From contig LVBL01000017.1 of NCBI GenBank assembly GCA_001604405.1, forward strand, positions 3,364 through 67,363: a stretch of DNA of 64,000 nucleotides. Reading direction: 5' to 3'. How positions within the stretch are numbered: the first letter of the stretch is position 1; every line of letters starts with the position of its first letter. Under the pieces are notes generated by a model that was not told where the DNA came from, did not search any database, and was given only the letters and a program-made list of their open reading frames with translations. Source of the stretch: Spirochaetales bacterium Spiro_10. Its GTDB lineage: Bacteria; Spirochaetota; Spirochaetia; Treponematales; Treponemataceae. Shown piece by piece: positions 48,415-57,521 of the stretch. Both the position numbers and the translations under genes were made by a program.

Positions 48415-48537
48415 ATGTACGACTCGGACACCATCCTAAAGATTCAATCCTTCAGATCCGCGGGCACGCTCGCCCCTGACGGGAGAGGTGTGTCCATCGC
48501 GGTAATCTGCGACCGGAAGGATTCTGTGGGCGTGTAA
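48415..48537 (+). CDS. 40-codon small ORF (candidate leader peptide)
   Basis: MYDSDTILKIQSFRSAGTLAPDGRGVSIAVICDRKDSVGV. G/C-rich third codon positions. Sits between the promoter and the terminator. No SD, which is consistent with leaderless initiation. Confidence 0.3.
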   Translation: MYDSDTILKIQSFRSAGTLAPDGRGVSIAVICDRKDSVGV

Positions 48538-48568
48538 GCGCGCGAAAGCGCGAAGGAACCCCCCGGCG

Positions 48569-48618
48569 AAAACCGCGGCACCCTCTTCGAAAGACGGGGG
48601 CGCCGCGGTTTTTTTTTT
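48569..48618 (+). terminator. strong intrinsic terminator or attenuator upstream of the ABC-F gene
   Basis: AAAACCGCGGC-A-CCC-TCTT-CGA-AAGA-C-GGG...GCCGCGGTTTT followed by a run of 10 T (48609-48618). Confidence 0.75.
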
Positions 48619-48672
48619 GCGCGATCCCGTCTCCATCACGGTGTCCGGCCGGCAATGACAAGGAGTAACGGG

Positions 48673-50562
48673 ATGATCGACGCAATCGGAATAACGAAAC
48701 ACTATGGCAGCGAGCCGGTGCTCAAGGGGGTCTCCTTGCGCATCGGGAAGACCGACAAGATAGGCATCGTGGGAAAGAACGGGGCCGGAAAAACCACGCT
48801 CGCCGGGATACTCGCGGGAGAGGACCGGGATTTCGAGGGCGACCTCAGGAAAACGGCCGAATGCCGCGTCGCGTACGTGCGCCAGTCCTTCGCGTCAAGC
48901 GGGGCCACCGCGGTGGAATACATGATCGAGCCCTTCATCGCCCGCCGGAGCGAACTCGCGCGACTTGAGGAGGAGATGTCGGCAGCGACGGGGAGGGAGC
49001 TCGAGTCGGTACTCGGGCGGTACGGCGAGCTTCGAAGCCGTTACGACGCGGAGGCGGGCGACGGGGCCGAGGACCGCGCCGTGCGGTACCTGGCCGGAAT
49101 CGGGCTCGGCGACCGCGCGGACACGCCCGTCTCCGTCCTGTCGGGCGGCGAGCGGAACGCGCTGGCGCTGGGTCGGGCCCTCGTCGCGCGGCCGGACGTC
49201 CTCATTCTCGACGAGCCGGGAAACCACCTCGACATATGGGGACTTGCCTGGCTCGAGGGGTTTATCCGGGAATACCCGGGCGCCGTCCTGGTGGTTTCCC
49301 ATAACCGCTATCTTCTGGACCGCGTCGCGAACCGCATCGTCGAGGTCGAAGACGGCGTCGCGACGGAGTACGCGGGGAACTACTCCGCGTACCGGCTCGA
49401 GCGGCTCCGCACGGCCGTTTCCGGGGAGATGGCATGGAAGGCCGACGAGAAGAAAATCGCAAGGCTCGAGGAGGTGGTAAGGCGGTTCGAGGAGATAGCC
49501 CGCCGCACCGCCGACCCCGCCTGGGGACGGAGGCTCAGGGCAAGGCGCACGCACCTCGAGAAGACGAGGGAAACCGCCGCGCGGCGTCCGGACGCGCCCG
49601 ACGCGTCCTTCTCGATATCGTTCGCGACGGATGCCTCCAAGGCCGACTTCGCCCTGCGCGCGACCGGACTTTCGCGCGCCTTCCCCGGAAAACCGCTGTT
49701 CGAGAACGTCTCGCTGACGATCCGAACGGGGGAGCGGGTCGCCCTCGTCGGCGAGAACGGCTCCGGAAAGACGACTCTTCTCGAGGAGATACTCGCGCGC
49801 GCGCGGACGGGCGACCGCTCGGTGATGATCGGGCCGAGCATGACGGTCTCGTACTGCTCCCAGCACGGCGACGGTTTCGCGAGAGGGGAGACGGTCTTCG
49901 GCGCGTGCCAGAAGGCCGGCGCCAAAACCGAGGACGAGGCATGGAAGGCCCTGTCGCGCTTTCTCTTCAGCAGGGAGGTCCTGCCGCGGGAGATCCGCAC
50001 CCTTTCGGGAGGAGAGACGAACCGGTTGCAGCTTTCGCTCGCGATTATCGCCCGCTCGAACTTCCTCATCCTCGACGAGCCGACGAACCACCTCGACATC
50101 GCCGCCTGCGAGGCGGTCGAGGACGCCCTCGCCGAATACGACGGAACGATTCTTGCCGTGTCCCACGACCGCTACTTCCTCGACAGGATCGCGACGCGCG
50201 TCGTCGAGATCGACAACGGATCGCTCGTCGAATGGGAGGGGAACTTCTCGGAATTCTGGCTGTCACGCTACGGCAGTTCGGTGAGAAGCCCCCGGAAGCC
50301 GGCGAAGAAGGAGGCGTCCGGAACTACGAGGGAAACGCCGAGGAAGGGAGCGGCGAGAACGCCGGCGAACGGTAACGGCGACAACCGGACGAGGGAGAAC
50401 ATCGAGGCGCGCATCATGGCGCTCGAGGCCGAACAGCGCGAGACGGAGGCCGCGATGAACGCGGCGTTCTCCAGGGGAGAACTCTCCAAGGCACGCTCGC
50501 TCGGTTCGCGGCTCGCGACGATAACGAGGGAGATCGAGCGCCTGTACGAGCGGTGGTCGTAA
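48673..50562 (+). CDS. ABC-F family ATPase (two ABC cassettes, inter-domain linker, C-terminal coiled coil)
   Basis: Walker A GKNGAGKTT and GENGSGKTT. Signatures LSGGERNAL and LSGGETNRL. No TM domain. Arg/Lys-rich tail plus a coiled coil. Confidence 0.9.
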   Translation: MIDAIGITKHYGSEPVLKGVSLRIGKTDKIGIVGKNGAGKTTLAGILAGEDRDFEGDLRKTAECRVAYVRQSFASSGATAVEYMIEPFIARRSELARLEEEMSAATGRELESVLGRYGELRSRYDAEAGDGAEDRAVRYLAGIGLGDRADTPVSVLSGGERNALALGRALVARPDVLILDEPGNHLDIWGLAWLEGFIREYPGAVLVVSHNRYLLDRVANRIVEVEDGVATEYAGNYSAYRLERLRTAVSGEMAWKADEKKIARLEEVVRRFEEIARRTADPAWGRRLRARRTHLEKTRETAARRPDAPDASFSISFATDASKADFALRATGLSRAFPGKPLFENVSLTIRTGERVALVGENGSGKTTLLEEILARARTGDRSVMIGPSMTVSYCSQHGDGFARGETVFGACQKAGAKTEDEAWKALSRFLFSREVLPREIRTLSGGETNRLQLSLAIIARSNFLILDEPTNHLDIAACEAVEDALAEYDGTILAVSHDRYFLDRIATRVVEIDNGSLVEWEGNFSEFWLSRYGSSVRSPRKPAKKEASGTTRETPRKGAARTPANGNGDNRTRENIEARIMALEAEQRETEAAMNAAFSRGELSKARSLGSRLATITREIERLYERWS

Positions 50563-50568
50563 GGCGGG

Positions 50569-51045
50569 CTAGGCCTTCTCCTTGCCCGTGAGCGATTCGA
50601 CGTCGAGGCGCAGAACCTCGGTAACGGCGAAGACCCGGTCGTCGTAGGCGAAACCGCGCGTTCCCGAGTAGTGTTCCATAAGGAGGTCGAGCCCGTGGCG
50701 CTTCTCGGCGTCGTCCCGCACGAAGGAGACGACGCCGCTTCCGGCCACGCTCCGGTATTTCATCCCCCAGTCGCAGCCCGTTTCCCCGCGGACGAGCTCG
50801 TGCGCCGCGTCGATGACGAAGGCGGCGCGGGGATCCTTGCGTATCGCGTCAAGCTTGCGGCCTTCGCGCGCGCAATGGAAATAGAGCACGAGAGATCCGC
50901 CGGCTACGCGCTCGAAGCCGTAGTTGAGCGTCACCGCGTAAGGCGCGCCCCCGTCGACAAGCGCGAGATGGCACGCGTCGGCCTCGCCCAGTATGGCGTC
51001 GATTTTCCCGGCGTCGACGACCTCACGATCGCTTCTTCTCATCAT
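50569..51045 (-). CDS. pyridoxamine 5'-phosphate oxidase-like (flavin-binding split barrel) protein
   Basis: MMRRSDREVVDAGKIDAILGEADACHLALVDGGAPYAVTLNYGF...; start overlaps the upstream stop (ATGA). Confidence 0.7.
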   Translation of the reverse strand: MMRRSDREVVDAGKIDAILGEADACHLALVDGGAPYAVTLNYGFERVAGGSLVLYFHCAREGRKLDAIRKDPRAAFVIDAAHELVRGETGCDWGMKYRSVAGSGVVSFVRDDAEKRHGLDLLMEHYSGTRGFAYDDRVFAVTEVLRLDVESLTGKEKA

Positions 51046-51488
51046 GGTCTCCTGAAATGGATTCGAAAATGGCAGCGCCCGCCGCCACCGAGAACCGTCG
51101 AGACGGTTTCCACACGGACGGAACCGGGGCCAAGTACCGCCTCCCAGTTTATCGCAAGGCTCGAGGCGGAACAAGCGCAGAGGCGTGGAGAGGCGATCCT
51201 GCCCGACAGCGCGAGCGGACAGCCGCACCGACCGTAAAAGACGTCGACGCGGTCCTCGTGCAGCTCGTAGGAGAAATCCTCGAAGGAGTTCCGCAATTCC
51301 TCGAGGGCCTCGGCGACTGACCGTCCGTGCGCGAATGCCCTGCGGTAGACGCCGAGCGGCCGGGATTCCGAACAGGAGCGCGCGGTCTCCCCGAGAAACT
51401 GCGAAAGAGACGCCTCTCCCGCCGTATCCAGAAACCGGTTCACACCCTCAAACCACAGGCGGTAGAATTCGCCGTCTTCGTCCATCAT
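51042..51488 (-). CDS. Cys-rich hypothetical protein
   Basis: 148 aa. YGRCGCPLA...LCACSAS...GGRCHFRIHF suggests a metal or ligand site. No confident family assignment. Confidence 0.55.
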   Translation of the reverse strand: MMDEDGEFYRLWFEGVNRFLDTAGEASLSQFLGETARSCSESRPLGVYRRAFAHGRSVAEALEELRNSFEDFSYELHEDRVDVFYGRCGCPLALSGRIASPRLCACSASSLAINWEAVLGPGSVRVETVSTVLGGGGRCHFRIHFRRP

Positions 51489-51518
51489 CGAACCTCCGTG
51501 CGACGCCCGACAGGCGCG

Positions 51519-51917
51519 TCAGCGAACGACCTCAAAGCCCGCCCCGGACAAGGCCGCGGCGGCCGCCCCGAGATCGCGCTCCCTCACGAGCACATAATCG
51601 GTGTCGTACGTCGAGACGGCAAAGATGCTGACGTCTGCCGCCGCGAGTGGCGCGCTTATGGAGGAAAGAATCCCCGTAAGCGCGAAATCGAGCGGCCCCT
51701 CTACCATCATGAGGCTCCAGCCCCGTTCCTCACGCGAGGCGGAAAGGAGGGGCACGAGGCCCGATTCGCACACGACGGAGAGTTCGTCCCCGGTTCTCGT
51801 GACGCTCAGGAACCTCCCCGCTCCAGGCGCTTCGGGACCGAAAAGGGCGGCCGCCGCCTGACTTGCCGCGTCAAACCGCGCGACCGAATAGGCGCCGGGA
51901 ATCTGTCGTACTTTCAT
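51519..51917 (-). CDS. ACT-domain protein
   Basis: MKVRQIPGAYSVARF...WSLMMVEGPLDFALTGILSSISAPLAAADVSIFAVSTYDTDYVLV. Confidence 0.7.
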   Translation of the reverse strand: MKVRQIPGAYSVARFDAASQAAAALFGPEAPGAGRFLSVTRTGDELSVVCESGLVPLLSASREERGWSLMMVEGPLDFALTGILSSISAPLAAADVSIFAVSTYDTDYVLVRERDLGAAAAALSGAGFEVVR

Positions 51918-51979
51918 TGTACCTTCCTTTTTCGCATGTACCAAGTATCGGCGTCGAAACGCGCGGCCGGTACGCGTCA

Positions 51980-52008
51980 TTGAAGAAGGACGCGTTTCTT
52001 GGTACTAT
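51980..52008 (+). promoter_or_regulatory. sigma70-type promoter of purH, overlapped by an inverted repeat
   Basis: TTGAAG (51980-51985), 17 nt spacer, TACTAT (52003-52008). The inverted repeat ACGCGTC-N10-GACGCGT (51972-51995) brackets the -35. Confidence 0.45.
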
Positions 52009-52047
52009 GTGCCATCTTACACGAATTTGCGGAAAAGGGAGCTACCG

Positions 52048-53703
52048 ATGAAAAAACGGGCGCTGATCAGCGTATTCTACAAGGACGGCGTGCTCGATTT
52101 GGCACGATATCTCGTGTCGCGTGACTGGGAGATCCTTTCTACGGGCGGGACGAAAAAACACCTTGCCGACGCGGGTCTTCCCGTGACCGACGTTTCCTCG
52201 GTTACCGGCTTCCCCGAATGCCTCGACGGCCGGGTCAAGACGCTGCATCCCAAGATTCACGCGGGCTTGCTCGCCATACGGGGCAACCCCGACCACATGA
52301 AGACGATGGCCGACCTTTCCGTCGACACGATCGACCTCGTCTGCGTCAACCTCTATCCCTTTTTCGAGAAAGTACAGGCGGGCCTCTCCTTCGACGAGAC
52401 CGTCGAGTTCATCGACATCGGCGGGCCGACCATGCTCCGCTCGGCGGCGAAGAACCACGCCGACGTGCTCGTTCTCACGGAGGCCGCCGACTACGCGGAG
52501 GTCATGCAGGCCCTCGACGGCGCCGCGCAGGACACATCCAAGGTGCCTATGGATCTCAAGCGGCGGCTTGCCGGCAAGGTGTTCAACCTGACGAGCGCGT
52601 ACGACGCGGCCGTTTCGCGCTTCCTTCTGGGCGAGGCGGCCCGGCCGGCGTCCGAGGCCTCCCCGCTGTGGCCCCAGTACCTCACAGTCCCCTACCGGCT
52701 CTCGCAGTCCCTCCGTTACGGCGAAAACGGCCATCAGCAGGCGGCGCTCTACCTCACGGCTGACTCGACAGGCGCGTTCGGCGGGATGAAGCAACTGCAG
52801 GGCAAGGAACTCTCCTACAACAACATGCGCGACCTCGACATCGCCTGGAAGGCCGCGTGCGCCTATGACGGTTTCGTCGCCCGCCTGCCGGCCGATTTCC
52901 CGGCAAGCGCGCGCGCGTCTCTCGCGGCCGATTCGGCCGTGTGCGTGGCGCTCAAGCACAACACGCCATGCGGGGCCGCGACGGGCAAGACCGTCCTCGA
53001 GGCGTATTCGAAGACCTTCCTCGTCGATCCGGTTTCCATTTTCGGCGGGATCGTTGGCTGCAACAAGACGGTAGACCGGGAGGCCGCCGCCGAGATGGTG
53101 AAGACCTTTCTCGAGGTCGTCGTCGCCCCGGACTTCGACGAGGGAGCCCTCGAGGTCTTTTCCGCCAAAAAGAACCTTCGCCTCGTGCGCGCCGAGATCG
53201 CCCCGAACGGCGCTACCGAGACGATCGGCGTCGACGGGGGAATCCTCGTGCAGGAACGCGACAACGTGCTCTTCAACGAATGGAAGGTCGTGACGGATAA
53301 ATCCCCGACGGCCGAGGAGGCGGCCGACATGGCCTTCGGCATGTCGATGGCCCTCTTCGTGAAGTCGAACGCGATCGTCGTCGTGCGGGACGGGGTCGCG
53401 ATCGGCGTCGCCGGCGGCCAGGTCAACCGGATATGGCCTACGGAACAGTCGCTCGCCCGCGCGAAGGCGCTCACCGACGCCGGCTTCCCCGCGGCCGACG
53501 GAACGTCGTCGACGAAGCCCGCCACGGTGATGGTCTCCGACGCGTTCTTCCCCTTTGCCGACTGCGTCGAGATGGCGTCGAAATACGGTATCAGGTCCAT
53601 CGTACAGCCCGGCGGCTCGATGCGGGACCAGGAATCGATCGACGCCGCGAACCGCCTCGGAATCGCCATGGTCTTTACCGGGGCGCGCCACTTCAAGCAC
53701 TGA
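52048..53703 (+). CDS. purH: bifunctional AICAR transformylase / IMP cyclohydrolase
   Basis: MKKRALISVFYKDGVLDLARYL...ILSTGGT...GRVKTLHPKIHAG. C-terminal ...VQPGGSMRDQESIDAAN...MVFTGARHFKH. Confidence 0.95.
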   Translation: MKKRALISVFYKDGVLDLARYLVSRDWEILSTGGTKKHLADAGLPVTDVSSVTGFPECLDGRVKTLHPKIHAGLLAIRGNPDHMKTMADLSVDTIDLVCVNLYPFFEKVQAGLSFDETVEFIDIGGPTMLRSAAKNHADVLVLTEAADYAEVMQALDGAAQDTSKVPMDLKRRLAGKVFNLTSAYDAAVSRFLLGEAARPASEASPLWPQYLTVPYRLSQSLRYGENGHQQAALYLTADSTGAFGGMKQLQGKELSYNNMRDLDIAWKAACAYDGFVARLPADFPASARASLAADSAVCVALKHNTPCGAATGKTVLEAYSKTFLVDPVSIFGGIVGCNKTVDREAAAEMVKTFLEVVVAPDFDEGALEVFSAKKNLRLVRAEIAPNGATETIGVDGGILVQERDNVLFNEWKVVTDKSPTAEEAADMAFGMSMALFVKSNAIVVVRDGVAIGVAGGQVNRIWPTEQSLARAKALTDAGFPAADGTSSTKPATVMVSDAFFPFADCVEMASKYGIRSIVQPGGSMRDQESIDAANRLGIAMVFTGARHFKH

Positions 53704-53725
53704 CCGCTCCCCCTGCCGAGGCGCC

Positions 53726-53754
53726 CCGCGTCCGTGACAAAATCACGGACGCGG
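53726..53754 (+). terminator. terminator-like hairpin after purH (no U-tract)
   Basis: CCGCGTCCGTGA-CAAAA-TCACGGACGCGG, a 12-bp stem. Confidence 0.45.
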
Positions 53755-53781
53755 ACGACCCGGACGGCGTACACTGGCAGC

Positions 53782-54414
53782 ATGAAAAGAACCGCGAAGA
53801 GCATGAAACTGGCATTACTCGTGTTGGCAATGGCCTTTGTATCCTCGTGCTTCTCGGGCAGGGCCGAGTCGCCCGGCTCCCGGACCGGAGGGGAAGGACA
53901 AGGTGCCGGTAAAAACGGCGGCGAAACGGGTACCCCGGCGGAACGGCAATCTCCCGCCGAAACACTGCGCCGGCTCGGCTTTCACGTGTTCGACGAACCC
54001 ATCCCCCTTCCCGACCGTTCTTTCGCGTCGCTTGACGGAACGCCCCAGCGGCTTGGCGCCTTGTCGGGCTCCGTGACCCTTCTCAATTTCTGGGCGACCT
54101 GGTGCCCGCCATGCAGAAAGGAGATGCCGTCTATAGAGCGGCTCAAAAAGGCCATGGACGGGGAAAACTTCCGGATAGTGGCGATATCGACCGGGGAGGA
54201 CGCGAAGACCGTACGCGCGTTTATCAAGCGCGAGGGATACACCTTCCCGATATACCTCGACGAATCAGGGGCCCTCGGCTCGGAATTCGCCTCGCAGGGA
54301 ATCCCGACCACCTACGTCGTGGACGCGCGGGGAAACATCATTGCCGGCGCCGTCGGCGCCCGCGAGTATGACGACCCCGCCCTGGTAGCCGCCTTCAAGG
54401 AGCTGTCCCGGTGA
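53782..54414 (+). CDS. TlpA/ResA-like thiol:disulfide oxidoreductase lipoprotein
   Basis: Lipobox LAMAFVSSC. Thioredoxin motif NFWATWCPPCRKEMP. Confidence 0.85.
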   Translation: MKRTAKSMKLALLVLAMAFVSSCFSGRAESPGSRTGGEGQGAGKNGGETGTPAERQSPAETLRRLGFHVFDEPIPLPDRSFASLDGTPQRLGALSGSVTLLNFWATWCPPCRKEMPSIERLKKAMDGENFRIVAISTGEDAKTVRAFIKREGYTFPIYLDESGALGSEFASQGIPTTYVVDARGNIIAGAVGAREYDDPALVAAFKELSR

Positions 54415-55262
54415 TTTCCGTCATGCCCGGCGTATCCGCCGCCTTCCTCGCGGGACTTCTTTCTTTCCTCAGTCCCTGCGTACTGCCGCTCATACCGGTT
54501 TACCTCTCGTACATATCGGGTGAATCCGCCTCGGCCCTGTACTCGGGGACCAAACGGCCCCGGTACCTGCTCGCGAGGAGCGCGCTTTTCGTGGCGGGGT
54601 TCACGCTCGTATTCGTGTCCCTCGCGATCGTTCTGAGCGGCGGAATGCGTCTCGTCGGCTCCTCGGGCGGAAGGCTGCTTACGACGGTATCGGGACTCCT
54701 CGTCATGCTCCTCGCGGCGAACATGGCCTTCGACTTTCTTCCGGCGCTCAGGTTCGAAAAGCGCGCGGCTTTCCTCGGCTCGCAGGCTCCCGCGGGCGAA
54801 TCCGGCGTGCCGCGGCAGGGCCGGCGGCGCGTCTTTCTCGGGTCGCTTCGCCCCGTTTTGCTCGGCATGGCCTTCGCCGCCGGATGGACGCCCTGCGTCG
54901 GCCCCATCCTCTCGGCGATCCTCCTCTACGCGAGCCGTTCGGGCGACACGGCCCGCACCGTCACGCTCCTTTCGGCCTACTCGGCGGGCCTCGGCCTGCC
55001 CTTTTTGCTGGCCGGGGTATTCCTCGACCGAGCGCGACCCCTGCTCGACTTTTTCAAACGAAGGGCCGTTGCCGTACGGATGGTTTCCGCCTTGCTCCTG
55101 GCGCTTCTGGGCCTTTCGATCCTGACCGGTTCGCTTTCGGCTCTGCCTTCGCTCGTCCTCAAGGCGGGTTATGCCCTGGAGGTCTACGCGGAAACGGCGC
55201 CTCCCTGGATTCGCCCGGTGGCGGAGGCGCTGTCGCGCTGGCTTTCGTTCCAGGGACTATAA
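54411..55262 (+). CDS. ccdA: cytochrome c biogenesis / thiol-reductant transfer protein CcdA (DsbD-beta family)
   Basis: GTG start overlapping the tlpA stop. LSFLSPCVLPLIPVYLSY and GWTPCVGPILSAIL (two conserved Cys). Confidence 0.85.
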   Translation: MISVMPGVSAAFLAGLLSFLSPCVLPLIPVYLSYISGESASALYSGTKRPRYLLARSALFVAGFTLVFVSLAIVLSGGMRLVGSSGGRLLTTVSGLLVMLLAANMAFDFLPALRFEKRAAFLGSQAPAGESGVPRQGRRRVFLGSLRPVLLGMAFAAGWTPCVGPILSAILLYASRSGDTARTVTLLSAYSAGLGLPFLLAGVFLDRARPLLDFFKRRAVAVRMVSALLLALLGLSILTGSLSALPSLVLKAGYALEVYAETAPPWIRPVAEALSRWLSFQGL

Positions 55263-55305
55263 ATCGGGGATTGTGCAATTCTCGGTATTGGCGTTACAAT
55301 AAATA

Positions 55306-56364
55306 ATGCTGTATTTGCTCGCGTCATTGCTCCAGCGGTATTTCGGACCGTTTCGCCTTCTGCAATCCTACACAATACTGATTATCGTCTCCCTCTACGC
55401 GGGTTTTTTCCTGACGGTATTCATTCTTCCCGCGGTGTACCGCTTTCTCCCCAAAGACCGCGGCAGGGAGTTTTCGGTAAACGCCGAGGCGGCGGTCGGC
55501 AAGCCCACCGGGGCCGGAGTCGTATTCGTCTCGATCTTCGTCGCCATCTCCTTCCTGTTCGCGCCCGTCAGCCTTCCCCACTCGATCGTCCTCTTCCTTA
55601 CCTGGCTCGTCATGCTCACCGGGTATCTCGACGACCGCTCGACGCATTCCTGGGGCGAGTACCGCAAGGGCGCGATGGATCTCGCCCTCTCGCTCGCCGC
55701 GTCCGTCTCCCTGCTCTACTGCTACTTCGGCGGCGAGGCGAGTTACTGGATACCCTTCGTAAGTTCCGTGATCGCCGTCCACCCCGCCGTCTTCCTCGTC
55801 GTCTCGACGATCGTGATTTGGGTTTCGATCAACACGACGAACTGCACCGACGGCGTCGACGGCCTTTCCGGCACGCTTGCGATGATAGCGCTCGTCTCGC
55901 TCGGGATCATCTTTTATTTCGTCCTCGGCCACAAGAACATAGCCGCGTACCTGCTCGTTCCCCACATGAAGGACGGCGCCCAATGGGCCGTGCTGGTATT
56001 CGCGCTGACGGGCGTGTTGATGGGGTACCTGTGGCACAACGCCTTCCCGAGCAAGGTTCTCATGGGGGACGCGGGCTCGCGCGCCCTCGGCTTCTTTATC
56101 GGGGTGTGCGTGATACTGTCGGGCAACCCCTTCCTGTTGCTCATGACGAGCACGATGATCCTGATCAACGGGGGAACGGGGCTTCTCAAGGTGGCCCTTC
56201 TCCGCTTCTTCAAGATCCGCATCCTTCACAACATCAGGTTTCCCCTGCACGACCACATGCGGAAGACGCGGGCATGGTCGCCCACGCAGATACTCCTCAA
56301 GTACATGATAATGCAGGTGCTTATCACGCTCGCCGTTCTCGGCATGTTCTTCAAGATCCGATAA
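55306..56364 (+). CDS. MraY-like polyprenyl-phosphate phospho-sugar transferase (divergent paralogue)
   Basis: 352 aa, about 10 TM segments. YLDDRS, NCTDGVDGLSG, MGDAGSRALG and FPLHDHMRK parallel the MraY DD, NxTDGxDGLA, GDxGS and HHH motifs. It has KPTGAG where MraY has TPTMGG. Confidence 0.7.
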   Translation: MLYLLASLLQRYFGPFRLLQSYTILIIVSLYAGFFLTVFILPAVYRFLPKDRGREFSVNAEAAVGKPTGAGVVFVSIFVAISFLFAPVSLPHSIVLFLTWLVMLTGYLDDRSTHSWGEYRKGAMDLALSLAASVSLLYCYFGGEASYWIPFVSSVIAVHPAVFLVVSTIVIWVSINTTNCTDGVDGLSGTLAMIALVSLGIIFYFVLGHKNIAAYLLVPHMKDGAQWAVLVFALTGVLMGYLWHNAFPSKVLMGDAGSRALGFFIGVCVILSGNPFLLLMTSTMILINGGTGLLKVALLRFFKIRILHNIRFPLHDHMRKTRAWSPTQILLKYMIMQVLITLAVLGMFFKIR

Positions 56365-56367
56365 AAA

Positions 56368-56385
56368 AGGCGCCTCGCGGCGCCT
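56368..56385. terminator. bidirectional terminator hairpin
   Basis: AGGCGCC-TCGC-GGCGCCT preceded by AAAAA, between convergent genes. Confidence 0.55.
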
Positions 56386-56393
56386 GTCGTCCT

Positions 56394-57521
56394 CTACTTT
56401 TTACCGCCAAGTCCCGTGACAAAGCCGGCAAAGGCCGTACCGAACTCCGATCGGATCTTCCGTTCGGCCGCGCGTATCGCGCGGTTGTCGGCCTCGCTCT
56501 GGCTCGTGTGCCCGTCCCTGCCGGACGCGGAGTACGGCAACAGGGCGTTCCCCGTCACCGCGTCCGCGAGGGTCGCGTCAACGGTGTACCGGGAGAATTT
56601 ATTCGGGTTCTCCGGCAGTTCGACCGGGGAAAGCGCGAGCGTGCCGGTCAGCGAGTAGCGGGTACCGGAGCCGCCCGTCATGAAGCCCGCGGAGGTAAGG
56701 ACGGCCGAGAAGGCGGCGGCTATCCGGCCGTCGCGGTCGTTTTTGATGGACACGGCGATCGGGATGCTCTGCGCGATCTTCAACGCCTCGACGCGAAGGT
56801 CCTCGGGGCGCGTCGTCGTTCCGCGCCGCGCCGCCGCCGCGCCTGGGCTGACGACGGAAAGCACGTTGAGGAACCGTCCGCTCGTCTCCGCGATCTCCGC
56901 GGCAAGGTCGTACCGCGCGTAGGCTTCCATGGTATTCCGCTCCGCGGCGGGTATGGCCGTAAGGGAACGGATGGACGACTCGTTGGTCTCTATGAGGTCC
57001 GCGTACAGCATGGCGGCCTTTTGCCGGTCCATGACCGCCACCGCGTAGGTCGTCGAGGAGCGGTCGGACCATACGCCCTTGATCTCCGCGCCGACCACGG
57101 TCTCGAGCGCGTACGAGCTCGTCACCGCGCGCCCGACGTCCGTGCTTTCCGAAACCTCGAGCGCGCCGCTTTTCACGGCCTCGAGGTAGCGAGAACTCAC
57201 GGTGGTCTCCCCCTTGATCGTCTGCCCGAACACGGCGACGAGAGCGCCCATCGCGCTCTTTTCCGCCGCCTCGCGGTTTTCGCCGTACCCGACGGCGGAG
57301 ACGTAGCGTTCCTCGGGGAAGGAAGCCCTCGGGTTCGCGACCCACGCGGGCTCGGGATCGTAGCCTCCCTTGGCGGCCGTGTCGGACGAGCCCTTCCGGG
57401 GGCCCGGAGAAGGCTGATTCGCGGAACCCGTGGCCGAGGACGCCGCGGTCGCGCAGCCTGATATCGATACGCAGAACGCGACGACCGTCGCGAGCAAAAG
57501 CATCCTGGTTATTTTACGCAT
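56394..57521 (-). CDS. LPP20-like lipoprotein
   Basis: Lipobox AFCVSISGC. ...ERYVSAVGYGENREAAEKSAMGALVAVFGQTIKGETTV resembles the LPP20/FlgP-type fold signature. Confidence 0.6.
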   Translation of the reverse strand: MRKITRMLLLATVVAFCVSISGCATAASSATGSANQPSPGPRKGSSDTAAKGGYDPEPAWVANPRASFPEERYVSAVGYGENREAAEKSAMGALVAVFGQTIKGETTVSSRYLEAVKSGALEVSESTDVGRAVTSSYALETVVGAEIKGVWSDRSSTTYAVAVMDRQKAAMLYADLIETNESSIRSLTAIPAAERNTMEAYARYDLAAEIAETSGRFLNVLSVVSPGAAAARRGTTTRPEDLRVEALKIAQSIPIAVSIKNDRDGRIAAAFSAVLTSAGFMTGGSGTRYSLTGTLALSPVELPENPNKFSRYTVDATLADAVTGNALLPYSASGRDGHTSQSEADNRAIRAAERKIRSEFGTAFAGFVTGLGGKK

